A stretch of 64,000 bases of DNA, taken from a bacterium (GTDB lineage: Bacteria; Electryoneota; Electryoneia; Electryoneales; Electryoneaceae). Of this stretch, positions 56,260 through 64,000 are shown piece by piece; the first letter of the stretch is position 1; every line of letters begins with the position of its first letter. Below the pieces are notes generated by a model. The model saw only the letters and a program-made list of their open reading frames with translations, had not been told where the DNA came from and searched no databases. The stretch is taken from contig CAXXKJ010000001.1 in assembly GCA_963675295.2 (NCBI GenBank), positions 114,791 to 178,790 on the forward strand, in the 5' to 3' direction. The position numbers were made by a program, and so were the translations under genes.

Positions 56260-56738
56260 CTTGTCCCCCTTCCAAGGTGTACTGCGCCTTCCATCCATTT
56301 CAGCACAACGCTGATACGGATGCCAAATATCATTAATATGCTAAATATGCCTATAGACTTTCTCTTCTTTAAGTTTATGGATACTAATCTCTATTACAAC
56401 TCCTATTATTGTATCAGCGAGCCTGTACTAGTATGATCTATTAATGATACATAGCTTTCAGCTATGTATCATACCTTTCTAGTTTTCACGAGCTTAGCGG
56501 GGACGGGCGGTGAGTAAGTGTTGCCGGGGTGCGAGAAATCAGGAGAGGACTCGGACGCACGAAAACGGGACCTCGTTCAAATGAGCGCGAGGGAGCCGTC
56601 GAACTCTGTTCAAAGAAACGAGATCGGTGCTGTTGGGATAGCGATAAACCGAAGTGACTCAGCGTTTATCTGGACTCAAAATAAATACCCGGGCTGCGAT
56701 GCAACCCGGGCGGTAAGCTTGCGTGATGAGGCCTGGTG

Positions 56739-57134
56739 TCACTGGGCGGGTAGCTTGGTAAACGTGTCGGTTCCCATCCCCGCGATGTAATTCAGGTAGT
56801 ATCCGCCGACGTATACGTGCAGCATGAATTCACCCGGGAGCAGGTAGGCCGGCATCGGAACCACGCAGTCGGTGAACACGTTTCCCGACGGATTCAACCA
56901 GAAGCACTGCAAGCAGTAGGGGCCACTGGTGCAGCCCTGCCCTTCCACCATCAGCCAGATTTCGCCGGCGTGACTGAAACCGAGGTTGTTCTGTAACGTC
57001 ACATCAAATGTGAGATCACCGCCTTCCGCAGGGATTTCCGTGGTCACACAGGTGACGGTCACATCCACATCATCCGCAAAGACCGCCCCGGTCACGAAGA
57101 TCACTCCCATCAGGATTACCAGGAATCTCTTCAT
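56739..57134 (-). CDS. small secreted Cys-rich protein (stand-alone Ig-like module), paralog 2
   Basis: Start MKRFLVILMG with the same RBS and 5' leader (GCAGTACACCTTGGAAGGGGGA) as paralog 1. Confidence 0.7.
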   Translation of the reverse strand: MKRFLVILMGVIFVTGAVFADDVDVTVTCVTTEIPAEGGDLTFDVTLQNNLGFSHAGEIWLMVEGQGCTSGPYCLQCFWLNPSGNVFTDCVVPMPAYLLPGEFMLHVYVGGYYLNYIAGMGTDTFTKLPAQ

Positions 57135-57551
57135 CTCTTCCCCCTTCCAAGGTGTACTGCAGAAACTATCCACTCCAACTGTGAGCTGATGTGGATACCA
57201 AATATCATAAAGCAACGGAAATCAATTTGTGAACGGCTTTATATAAGAACGTATCCCAAGAACCACCGTAACAACTCCTATTATTGTATCAATGAGCCTG
57301 AAGACTCATTATTCAATCTCATAAATGAGACAGTACTCTTGTTAATATGCCATTCATTTCCAATGAGTTAGATATGGGGGATCCTTGCAATGAGTCAGCA
57401 ATCTGATGAGTGCCGCTGAGAGACAATGGTGGGGAAAAACCGTACCGAGTCGAAACGAAAGGGTTAGAAACATCTAACTTTTGTCTATGAAATGAGTTCG
57501 GGGAGGAAGGGGTACAATCCGTAGGCGGAGTGATGAACTGTGAGCTACGCG

Positions 57552-57923
57552 TCAGCCGCGGACACATGCCCAGGCTTCTTCTTCGTCGTAGAACAACTTC
57601 ACCTTCAATCCACGGTTGTAGGCGACATTTTCGTAAAACCTCGCGTTTTCTGCTTCGGCAGGAACGGTCAGAATCGCAAAGCGTTCCAATGGATTGGCAC
57701 GATGCGCTAAAGCGTCCGCGGATGCAGCACGGTACACCTCAATCGTATCGAAATCGGTTTGTATCTCACGGCTGTCAATCAACAAGCGATTGCAACCCGT
57801 TTCCCTTATTTTCTCATGCATACTTGAAAAATAGCGCTTGTACTCCTGCTGATTACCGATGTGACCGGAAGAACGCACGATCAATATCGATCCCTCTACG
57901 GTGTAGGAAACCTCAAACGACAT
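57552..57923 (-). CDS. STAS/SpoIIAA-like domain protein (tentative), paralog 1
   Basis: 123 aa. C-terminal FYENVAYNRGLKVKLFYDEEEAWACV resembles the ...F.deeeAl.Wl end of SpoIIAA-like (DUF3478-type) proteins. Confidence 0.55.
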   Translation of the reverse strand: MSFEVSYTVEGSILIVRSSGHIGNQQEYKRYFSSMHEKIRETGCNRLLIDSREIQTDFDTIEVYRAASADALAHRANPLERFAILTVPAEAENARFYENVAYNRGLKVKLFYDEEEAWACVRG

Positions 57924-58003
57924 AGATTTCTCAGAATCTCTGTTCAGAACAGTCCAATCGGGACTGGATCCAGGTCAATCAGCACGCGCAGTTTCGACGA
58001 AAG

Positions 58004-58375
58004 TCACTCCTTGATCCAGTTGCGTGCTTCTTCCTCATCAAAGAAGAACCGGATTTTGAAACCACGGTTGTGTGCCACGTTTTCGTAGAACTGAGCATCC
58101 GACAATAATTCCGGAGGCAGAATCACGCCGAACTTCTCCGCGGGAAATCTACGGATCGCCTGCGCGTCTGTCGTCGCGGCGCTGAATATGTCCAACGTGT
58201 TCAAATTCACTTGTAGATTGCGATCATCCGCCAGTATTCTCGTGCAACCCGCGCTGAGCATGTGTTGCAGAATTAGCGCTGTGTTCTGTTCAAGCTCCTC
58301 GTCGGAATTCACCGTGCCAGTTACATGGACAAACAGAACCGTTCCGTCAACGGAAAACTCATTTGCGACAGGCAT
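58004..58375 (-). CDS. STAS/SpoIIAA-like domain protein (tentative), paralog 2
   Basis: Start set at MPVANEF (58375). Colinear with the downstream paralog (FYENVAHNRGFKIRFFFDEEEARNWI). Confidence 0.55.
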   Translation of the reverse strand: MPVANEFSVDGTVLFVHVTGTVNSDEELEQNTALILQHMLSAGCTRILADDRNLQVNLNTLDIFSAATTDAQAIRRFPAEKFGVILPPELLSDAQFYENVAHNRGFKIRFFFDEEEARNWIKE

Positions 58376-58627
58376 CGCGCAATCCAAGTAATGATCGGGG
58401 GACTGGACAGCAATGGAAGTATAGATCCGGGGCTGGTTTCTGCGCAAGATAAACCTGTAAAACCACAAGAGTTCGGGTATACGTTGAAAGCACACAGTTG
58501 CGACAAATACATGAATCCCGGACCAAAGGCCCGGGATTCGCAGTCTTCCTGGATGTGGACCGTTCAGGGCGGAACCACTCAGGAGGACCCCCACTTTATG
58601 TATTTGATGCACAACCTCTGCTTTGGT

Positions 58628-60505
58628 TTAGTCAAGTAGAGTCGTGTACATCTCCACCTCGTCCTCTGTATACCCCAGATGAGCCCAGTCAAGCACACCG
58701 TCCGCCGTGTGGCACTGGTTGCAGGTGAGGGCGCCATCACGACGGATCGCATGGCTGACTTCCATCGCGGCGTCCATCGGCAGCCAGCGCGGTTCCATCA
58801 TCTCGCCTTCCTTGAGTGCTTCGTACTCGGAGGTGTTCCACTCGTCCACGTTCATGAACGCCATGAATTTGTCCATCAGGTAGTACTTGAACATCGCGCC
58901 GTACATCATCCCCATCATGCTTTTGTCAAGTTCCACCATCGCCGCCTGCTTCGGGTCGCCGGTGGTGTAATACGTCGGCAAATTGTAGGGGACATACATC
59001 CCGCCGAACGGCCCGATGTTGCTCAAGTCGATGTGCTGGCGACCGTTGAAGCGCTTCATCACGTACAGTTTGGACGGTTTCATCTTGGCAATTGGACGCA
59101 TGGTTTCTTCGTACCACTTGTCGTAGTCGAAGTTGGCAAACTCCGGCCACACATTGTCCGGATCGTAGAATTTGTAGAGGTTCTCCCCGTTCGGGTTGTC
59201 GCCGATCGGGTTGCCGAGGAAGCTGGCGTCACCGTTCCACCAGACGTACGTGAGGCCGTTATCCGCAGCGGTCGTTGCTTTCTCTTCGTCCGTGTACACG
59301 TAGATCCCCGGATGTTCTTCGAACTCCGGATGGTCGAAGTCACGGCGGGTCGCGTTATCCTCCTGCAACGTCGGGATATGGCAGGTCTGGCAGGCGACGA
59401 TGTCCGTGTGCTCGTTGTAGAAGTCGGCGTTTTCATAATCGCCCACATGCGGCGCGTCACCGTGGCAGTTGGTGCAGCTGACATCAATCGCCGGCAGGTC
59501 ATTGGTCATCATCGTCGTCGTGTGCTGTCCCTTGGCGATCAGGTGGCCTTCCGTCGTGTGGCAATCGATGCAATCGACACCCGCCGCAGCGTGGACATCC
59601 CAGGACGGCGAATACGGCGTCCCACGCTTCGAGCCCGGGTGCGCGATACGCGGCTTATCGTGACCGAGATTGCCCTGCGACTGCATGAAATGGGCGTCCA
59701 GTTCATCGATGTAGATGTCGCCGCCGAAATTGTGCTGGTGGCAACGCAGGCAGGTGGACGACGTCGGCGTGACAATCGACATTGCCGCGAGCATCGACCG
59801 GTCCTGCGTCCAGTAGCCGAGGCCGTCATCCGTGTACGCAACTTGCTTTTCGTTCATGTCGTAGGCTGCCGCGTGGCAGATCAGGCAGTCGATCGCGTCC
59901 TTCTCCGCCTGCGTCGTGCGGTACCCTGGCATAATCTCGCCCAACGGGGCCTGCACCTGGCCGCCAATGTGGCACTGGCCGCAGCCTTCCGACAGTACCG
60001 TACCGTCATCCAGTTTCACCTGTTCCGCCCACGCGGTGAACGCGAACGATCCCGGCTTCGGGCAGGGACGGTCGATCTTGCCCATCGGGAAATCGTCCGC
60101 GAGCTCGCCGTTGAAGCCCCAGACGTTATCGTGATCGGTGGTGAAGAACTTGTAGTGCGCGGACCCGAGCAGGTTCTCCATCAGGTCGACAGTGATCGTT
60201 TCGCCAGTCTCTGCGTCCTCGATCTGCGCGGTGGCATGACACTCAAGGCAGGTCTGCGGGCCTTCATAGGTGCGGATGCCGGCTTTCCGGAAACGGTCGA
60301 TGTGATCAAAACGGTCCGGATATGCCCCGAGCAGCTCGCTGGCGAGATCGTCGAACTCATCATCTGAAATCGTTTCACTGGCGAAGGTTATTTCCACCGG
60401 ACGGCTGTCCGCAGGCAACATCGAATTGATGATTGCCGGCCAGAACGAATAGCCAACGACAGCCAACACGGCGACAACAACAACCGCAATCATCACACCA
60501 CGCAT
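58628..60505 (-). CDS. membrane-anchored octaheme c-type cytochrome
   Basis: N-terminal TM helix. Eight CxxCH motifs (CLECH, CGQCH, CLICH, CLRCH, CIDCH, CTNCH, CQTCH, CNQCH), the last about 210 residues after the seventh. Confidence 0.85.
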   Translation of the reverse strand: MRGVMIAVVVVAVLAVVGYSFWPAIINSMLPADSRPVEITFASETISDDEFDDLASELLGAYPDRFDHIDRFRKAGIRTYEGPQTCLECHATAQIEDAETGETITVDLMENLLGSAHYKFFTTDHDNVWGFNGELADDFPMGKIDRPCPKPGSFAFTAWAEQVKLDDGTVLSEGCGQCHIGGQVQAPLGEIMPGYRTTQAEKDAIDCLICHAAAYDMNEKQVAYTDDGLGYWTQDRSMLAAMSIVTPTSSTCLRCHQHNFGGDIYIDELDAHFMQSQGNLGHDKPRIAHPGSKRGTPYSPSWDVHAAAGVDCIDCHTTEGHLIAKGQHTTTMMTNDLPAIDVSCTNCHGDAPHVGDYENADFYNEHTDIVACQTCHIPTLQEDNATRRDFDHPEFEEHPGIYVYTDEEKATTAADNGLTYVWWNGDASFLGNPIGDNPNGENLYKFYDPDNVWPEFANFDYDKWYEETMRPIAKMKPSKLYVMKRFNGRQHIDLSNIGPFGGMYVPYNLPTYYTTGDPKQAAMVELDKSMMGMMYGAMFKYYLMDKFMAFMNVDEWNTSEYEALKEGEMMEPRWLPMDAAMEVSHAIRRDGALTCNQCHTADGVLDWAHLGYTEDEVEMYTTLLD

Positions 60506-60661
60506 CTTGCACCTCTCTTCACAAAGCTTGGATTGGGGGTTCAGTTTCGGGTTTGATGCGGAGTGGGAGAGGAGGTTGTGTCGTTTGGGGAGTCTAACTT
60601 TTAGTATGGAAAAGAGTTAGCATAGACTACGTCGCAAAGCTCGGGGTAGGGGCGAATCAAC

Positions 60662-60691
60662 AAAAAACGCCCGGTTCAGCGATTGAACCGG
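60662..60691 (-). terminator. rho-independent terminator (minus strand)
   Basis: Minus strand reads CCGGTTCA-ATCGC-TGAACCGG GCG TTTTTT. Confidence 0.65.
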
Positions 60692-60721
60692 ACGTTCACA
60701 GTGGATCGAGGGGCGTTGGCA

Positions 60722-60916
60722 TTACGCGTCCGCCTGTCCCGCCTCTTCCATGCGCGCCAACAACGCGCGACCTTCCGGCGACAGATGCACCTTGTCCTGA
60801 ATCTCGATCAGCGAGGTGTTCGACCGCTGTTCGTCCGTGCGAGCCGCTACTTCCGGCTTCGTCACCTGCTGTGCCTGCTGCGCTGTGGCTGCGTGAACAC
60901 TCATGTCAGTCGACAT
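60722..60916 (-). CDS. hypothetical small protein (64 aa)
   Basis: Strong RBS GGAGGAG 7 nt upstream and a terminator downstream. Confidence 0.5.
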   Translation of the reverse strand: MSTDMSVHAATAQQAQQVTKPEVAARTDEQRSNTSLIEIQDKVHLSPEGRALLARMEEAGQADA

Positions 60917-61157
60917 CGTTCACTCCTCCGTTTACCAGGTTCTACTTATCCAATCGGCAGATTCAAGAAAAACTGAACCCCTGGCACGGAAAAATCTTTC
61001 AGCGGGCGAATCATAAACGTTCACCACTCACTTTAACCTTGCGTGAGTGCAGTAGCATCAACAGGTTAGCAGTATTTAGCGATCCGTGAATCCAGAGAGG
61101 CAAGGAGAGGCCTGTTCGCGCCCTGCGATGCCCCGGGCCGAGACGATCACACGCGCT

Positions 61158-61994
61158 TCAATCGTTGGATTGAACCAGCATCGTCAGGTTGTACACAGTG
61201 TGGAATCCGGCTCGCTCGGCATTCCGCTGCGAATCGCTGCCGGGATCGGTGAGGAAGATGACGACCTCGCACCCCTCAGCGCGAGCATCGGACAACCGCC
61301 GCCGAATGAAGGCGGACTGGATGCCATGACGCCGAAACTGCGGCAATGTTGCGGAAGTCATCAGGCAGGCCATCGGGGGGATCACGTTGAGGCACGCAGC
61401 CGCGGCGGGTTCTCCGTTCCAGCGGGCCAAATAACCGATACCCTCCGGGATGTGCACCATCGGCAGATGAAACATCGGATCCATCAGGTAATCGTGACCG
61501 AGCGTCTTAAACCCTTCCGCTATCAGCTCAGCCCACTCCCGATCCCGGTCGGCGGGCAGGCGCTCGATGCTCAATCCCGAATCAGGCGCGGCATTGTCTG
61601 CTGTGGCAGAGTTGTTCGGACTGATCAAATCGGCGTCACTGAGTTCACGCACCAGCACCTGCATCCAGTACTCGATGTTATACCCACGGCGGCCAAGCTC
61701 GGCGGCGAACGCCTTGTCACTGAATGGATTGAGCGCAAACCGGCTGGGCAGGTCATTTGAACGAAACAACGCTTCTACGGTTTCAAGCGTCTCCGGGTCG
61801 ACCGGTCCATTCATCCCGAAGCCGGTCGCACGACCCCAACGTCCCGGGATCAAACGAACCGATCCACTCGGGAATTCCTGGGTCAGTTGGGGTGTGTCCG
61901 GGGAGAGTGTCTGGCGCACTTCTCCGGTCGAAACCGCGAGGCGATGCATGAAACGGTCGATATCCAGCGCGAACTCACGAGTGATATGTAGCAT
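61158..61994 (-). CDS. GNAT-family N-acetyltransferase
   Basis: C-terminal acetyl-CoA-binding region LPQFRRHGIQSAFIRRRL..A..GC.......GS.SQRNAERAGF. Confidence 0.8.
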   Translation of the reverse strand: MLHITREFALDIDRFMHRLAVSTGEVRQTLSPDTPQLTQEFPSGSVRLIPGRWGRATGFGMNGPVDPETLETVEALFRSNDLPSRFALNPFSDKAFAAELGRRGYNIEYWMQVLVRELSDADLISPNNSATADNAAPDSGLSIERLPADRDREWAELIAEGFKTLGHDYLMDPMFHLPMVHIPEGIGYLARWNGEPAAAACLNVIPPMACLMTSATLPQFRRHGIQSAFIRRRLSDARAEGCEVVIFLTDPGSDSQRNAERAGFHTVYNLTMLVQSND

Positions 61995-62163
61995 CGAAGC
62001 GACTCACAGTTTGATCCCCACCGGCCGTGAACATGTGAAAGTAGTTCATTCCGGCCTGAATGAAAACATGGACACGTCATCGTTCGCACGCACCGGAAAG
62101 CTGTAACTTGCGGAAAGGTCGTCCGTCTCATCGTAGAGCCCCGGATTACCACCAGAGGACGCC

Positions 62164-64000
62164 ATGCATTTCGTGGAACTGCGCCTTGCCCTGCGCACGT
62201 TGTTGCGTAACCGTTTCTACAACCTGCTCAATCTCGCCGGACTGTCGATCAGTTTGGCGATTGTCATTCTGGTCGCAGGGTCGATCCGGGATGAACTCAA
62301 CTGGGATACGTGGTCAAGCAACCGCGACTCGATCTACCGCCTGACCATGCAGATGAAATCCCAGGATGGGAAGCCGTGCTCGGCGTTCTCAATGCCCGGG
62401 ATTGCGCCGGAACTGAAGGCCGCGGTTCCGTCCGTTGAATCGTTTACGCGGATCACGTGGCCGTTCGAAATGCGGGTGCGACGGGACAATGAACCGATGG
62501 AGATGCTCAGCACCATCCGCCTGGTCGACCCGGAATTTCTCACCATCTTCGAGATTCCGCTCGAGTTCGGTGATCCCGCAAAGGCACTCAACGAGCCCAA
62601 CTCCTGCGTCCTGTCGCACGAAACCGCTGTCGCCTGGTTCGGTACCGCCAATCCCATCGGTCAGCCGGTGCTGGTGGATGAAGAGAACGAGATGGTGGTC
62701 ACCGGCGTCGCTGCCCCGCTGCCGGGAAACACGCACCTGCCGTTCAACATGCTGCTGCCGATCAGCCTGTTCGGCGAAGAGACTCTGGCGTCGTGGGGAT
62801 GGATGAATTTCGGCACCTACCTGCTGATTCCCGGCGGTGCCGACACCATCACGGACACCTTGCCCTGGAATGAGTTCTTCTACCCCCGGGTAGATCGCAC
62901 ACGGCTCGAATTCGCGCTGCAGCCACTGAGTGAGATCCACTTCGCCGGGGATACCGTAGACGGCATCCACGCTGGCGTCACGACACCGAACAAAGTCTAT
63001 GGGCTGGCCAGCATCGCGCTGCTGGTGTTGATCATCGCGACCATCAATTTCATGAATTTGAACGCGTCCCTCGCCAGCCGCCGGGTGCGTGAGGTGTCGA
63101 TGTTGAAGATCATCGGTGCCCGGCGCGGCAACCTGATCGTACAACAGTTGGCGGAATCGTTGCTCATTGCCTTTGTCGCCGGAGCCGCCGCCTTGCTGAT
63201 CGCGGAACTGGTGTTGCCGCACTATGCCAACCTGCTGGCGCAACCGAACCTGGCCAAGCCGCTTGCCGATCCGGCGATGCTCGCGTTGCACACCGGCATC
63301 ACCCTGCTCGCCGGTTTATTCGCGGGTTTGTATGCGGCGTTGCTGTTTTCCGCCCACCGACCTTCCGCCGCGCTGAAAGGTGAGCTCGCTGGTGGGATCA
63401 AGATCTCACGCGTACGCCGAACCCTGGTCGTGGTGCAGATTGCGATTTCAATCGTCTTCGTCGCCGGGACGATCGTGATTCAGCAGCAACTGGCCTTCGT
63501 CTCCCGGATGAGCCTCGGCTTTGACCGGGAAAACGTGATGCTGATACGTGGAAACAATGAATTCAGAGCGCATTACGACGATTATCTCAACCGTTTTCGA
63601 ACCCACCCAGAGGTCCTGGCTGCGACCTACGCATCCGGTATTCCCGGCAACACCATCGGCCAGACCAGCGTCCTGCCGGAAGGCCAGACCGACCAGATCG
63701 CCTTGCGTTACTTCACCGTCGAGGAACAGGCGCTGGAAACCTTTGGCCTCGAGATGGCTGAAGGCCGCTTCTTCTCCACGGACTATCCGTTCGACCGGCT
63801 GAGCGACAGTACAGGGAACGTGATCCTTAACGAAGCAGCCGTGCGTAGCCTCGGACTGGAAGAACCGGTGGTCGGACGCACGATGCGCATCGGCAGCCGT
63901 GAGTTCAACAGCACCATCGTCGGCGTCGTCAAGGATTTCAACCAGAACAGCCTGCACAGTCAGATCGAGCCGATGATGTTGCTCGTCTACCCGAACTGGT
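62164..64000 (+). CDS. FtsX/MacB-type ABC transporter permease (3' end outside window)
   Basis: Translated by hand: MHFVELRLALRTLLRNRFYNLLNLAGLSISLA..., a periplasmic MacB-like domain, then FtsX TM segments (IGARRGNLIVQQLAESLLIAF). The frame is open to the window end and is absent from the ORF track because no stop is reached. Confidence 0.85.
   Translation, partial: MHFVELRLALRTLLRNRFYNLLNLAGLSISLAIVILVAGSIRDELNWDTWSSNRDSIYRLTMQMKSQDGKPCSAFSMPGIAPELKAAVPSVESFTRITWPFEMRVRRDNEPMEMLSTIRLVDPEFLTIFEIPLEFGDPAKALNEPNSCVLSHETAVAWFGTANPIGQPVLVDEENEMVVTGVAAPLPGNTHLPFNMLLPISLFGEETLASWGWMNFGTYLLIPGGADTITDTLPWNEFFYPRVDRTRLEFALQPLSEIHFAGDTVDGIHAGVTTPNKVYGLASIALLVLIIATINFMNLNASLASRRVREVSMLKIIGARRGNLIVQQLAESLLIAFVAGAAALLIAELVLPHYANLLAQPNLAKPLADPAMLALHTGITLLAGLFAGLYAALLFSAHRPSAALKGELAGGIKISRVRRTLVVVQIAISIVFVAGTIVIQQQLAFVSRMSLGFDRENVMLIRGNNEFRAHYDDYLNRFRTHPEVLAATYASGIPGNTIGQTSVLPEGQTDQIALRYFTVEEQALETFGLEMAEGRFFSTDYPFDRLSDSTGNVILNEAAVRSLGLEEPVVGRTMRIGSREFNSTIVGVVKDFNQNSLHSQIEPMMLLVYPNW

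Noticed and set aside
60722-60916. Possible FlgM (anti-sigma-28) because of DKVHLSPEGRALLAR, which resembles the V.LS.EA..L motif
   Set aside because: The protein ends 9 residues later and lacks the C-terminal sigma-28-binding helices. No flagellar genes are nearby. Kept as a hypothetical small protein.

Overview
High-GC (roughly 60% by eye, with a few AT-richer patches), densely coding bacterial chromosomal window. I saw no rRNA, CRISPR array, transposase or integrase, and one tRNA-Arg(CCT). Many secreted proteins end in a type IX secretion (T9SS) C-terminal sorting domain (YPNPFNP...SG.YF...QK.ML.K/R). The left arm carries anaerobe-type redox genes under sigma-54 control. The source is therefore probably an anaerobic or facultative member of the FCB group or a neighbouring candidate phylum; this is inference only. 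Blocks: (1) 0.7-8.0 kb: a PAS/sigma-54 activator divergent from an 11-gene operon of NifX-like, DUF5320, CGGC, TsaA-like, ferredoxin-fused MinD-type ATPase and radical-SAM proteins. (2) 8.2-17.0 kb: an Hmc/Dsr-like membrane redox complex (HdrD/DsrK-like, NarI/DsrM-like, 4x[4Fe-4S] protein, NrfD-like subunit fused to a hexaheme cytochrome c). It is divergent from a NifX-DUF1847 fusion plus a USP-like gene, and is followed by a second, paralogous PAS/sigma-54 activator. (3) 17.1-33.8 kb: a beta-glucan (laminarin-type) utilisation locus without SusC/SusD. It has two T9SS proteins and one lipoprotein built from seven copies of a CBM-like module, two GH16-type genes, a ROK regulator, a GPH symporter, a GH3, and a 1060-aa clan-A glycosidase with a large beta-rich C-terminal domain. 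A 25-bp palindromic operator recurs four times in this block. (4) 34.0-43.9 kb: four T9SS beta-propeller cargo genes, the last two bracketed by a 75-bp direct repeat derived from the 3' end of tRNA-Arg. (5) 44.5-50.9 kb: a dehydrogenase / PTPS-like / glycosyltransferase / methyltransferase cluster plus lipid and hydrolase genes. (6) 51-64 kb: OMP, Bcp, an AT-richer patch with tandemly duplicated small secreted Cys-rich proteins and tandem STAS-like genes, an orphan octaheme cytochrome c, a GNAT and a partial FtsX-type permease. All family names come from motif recognition in the supplied translations. No database or structure search was possible.
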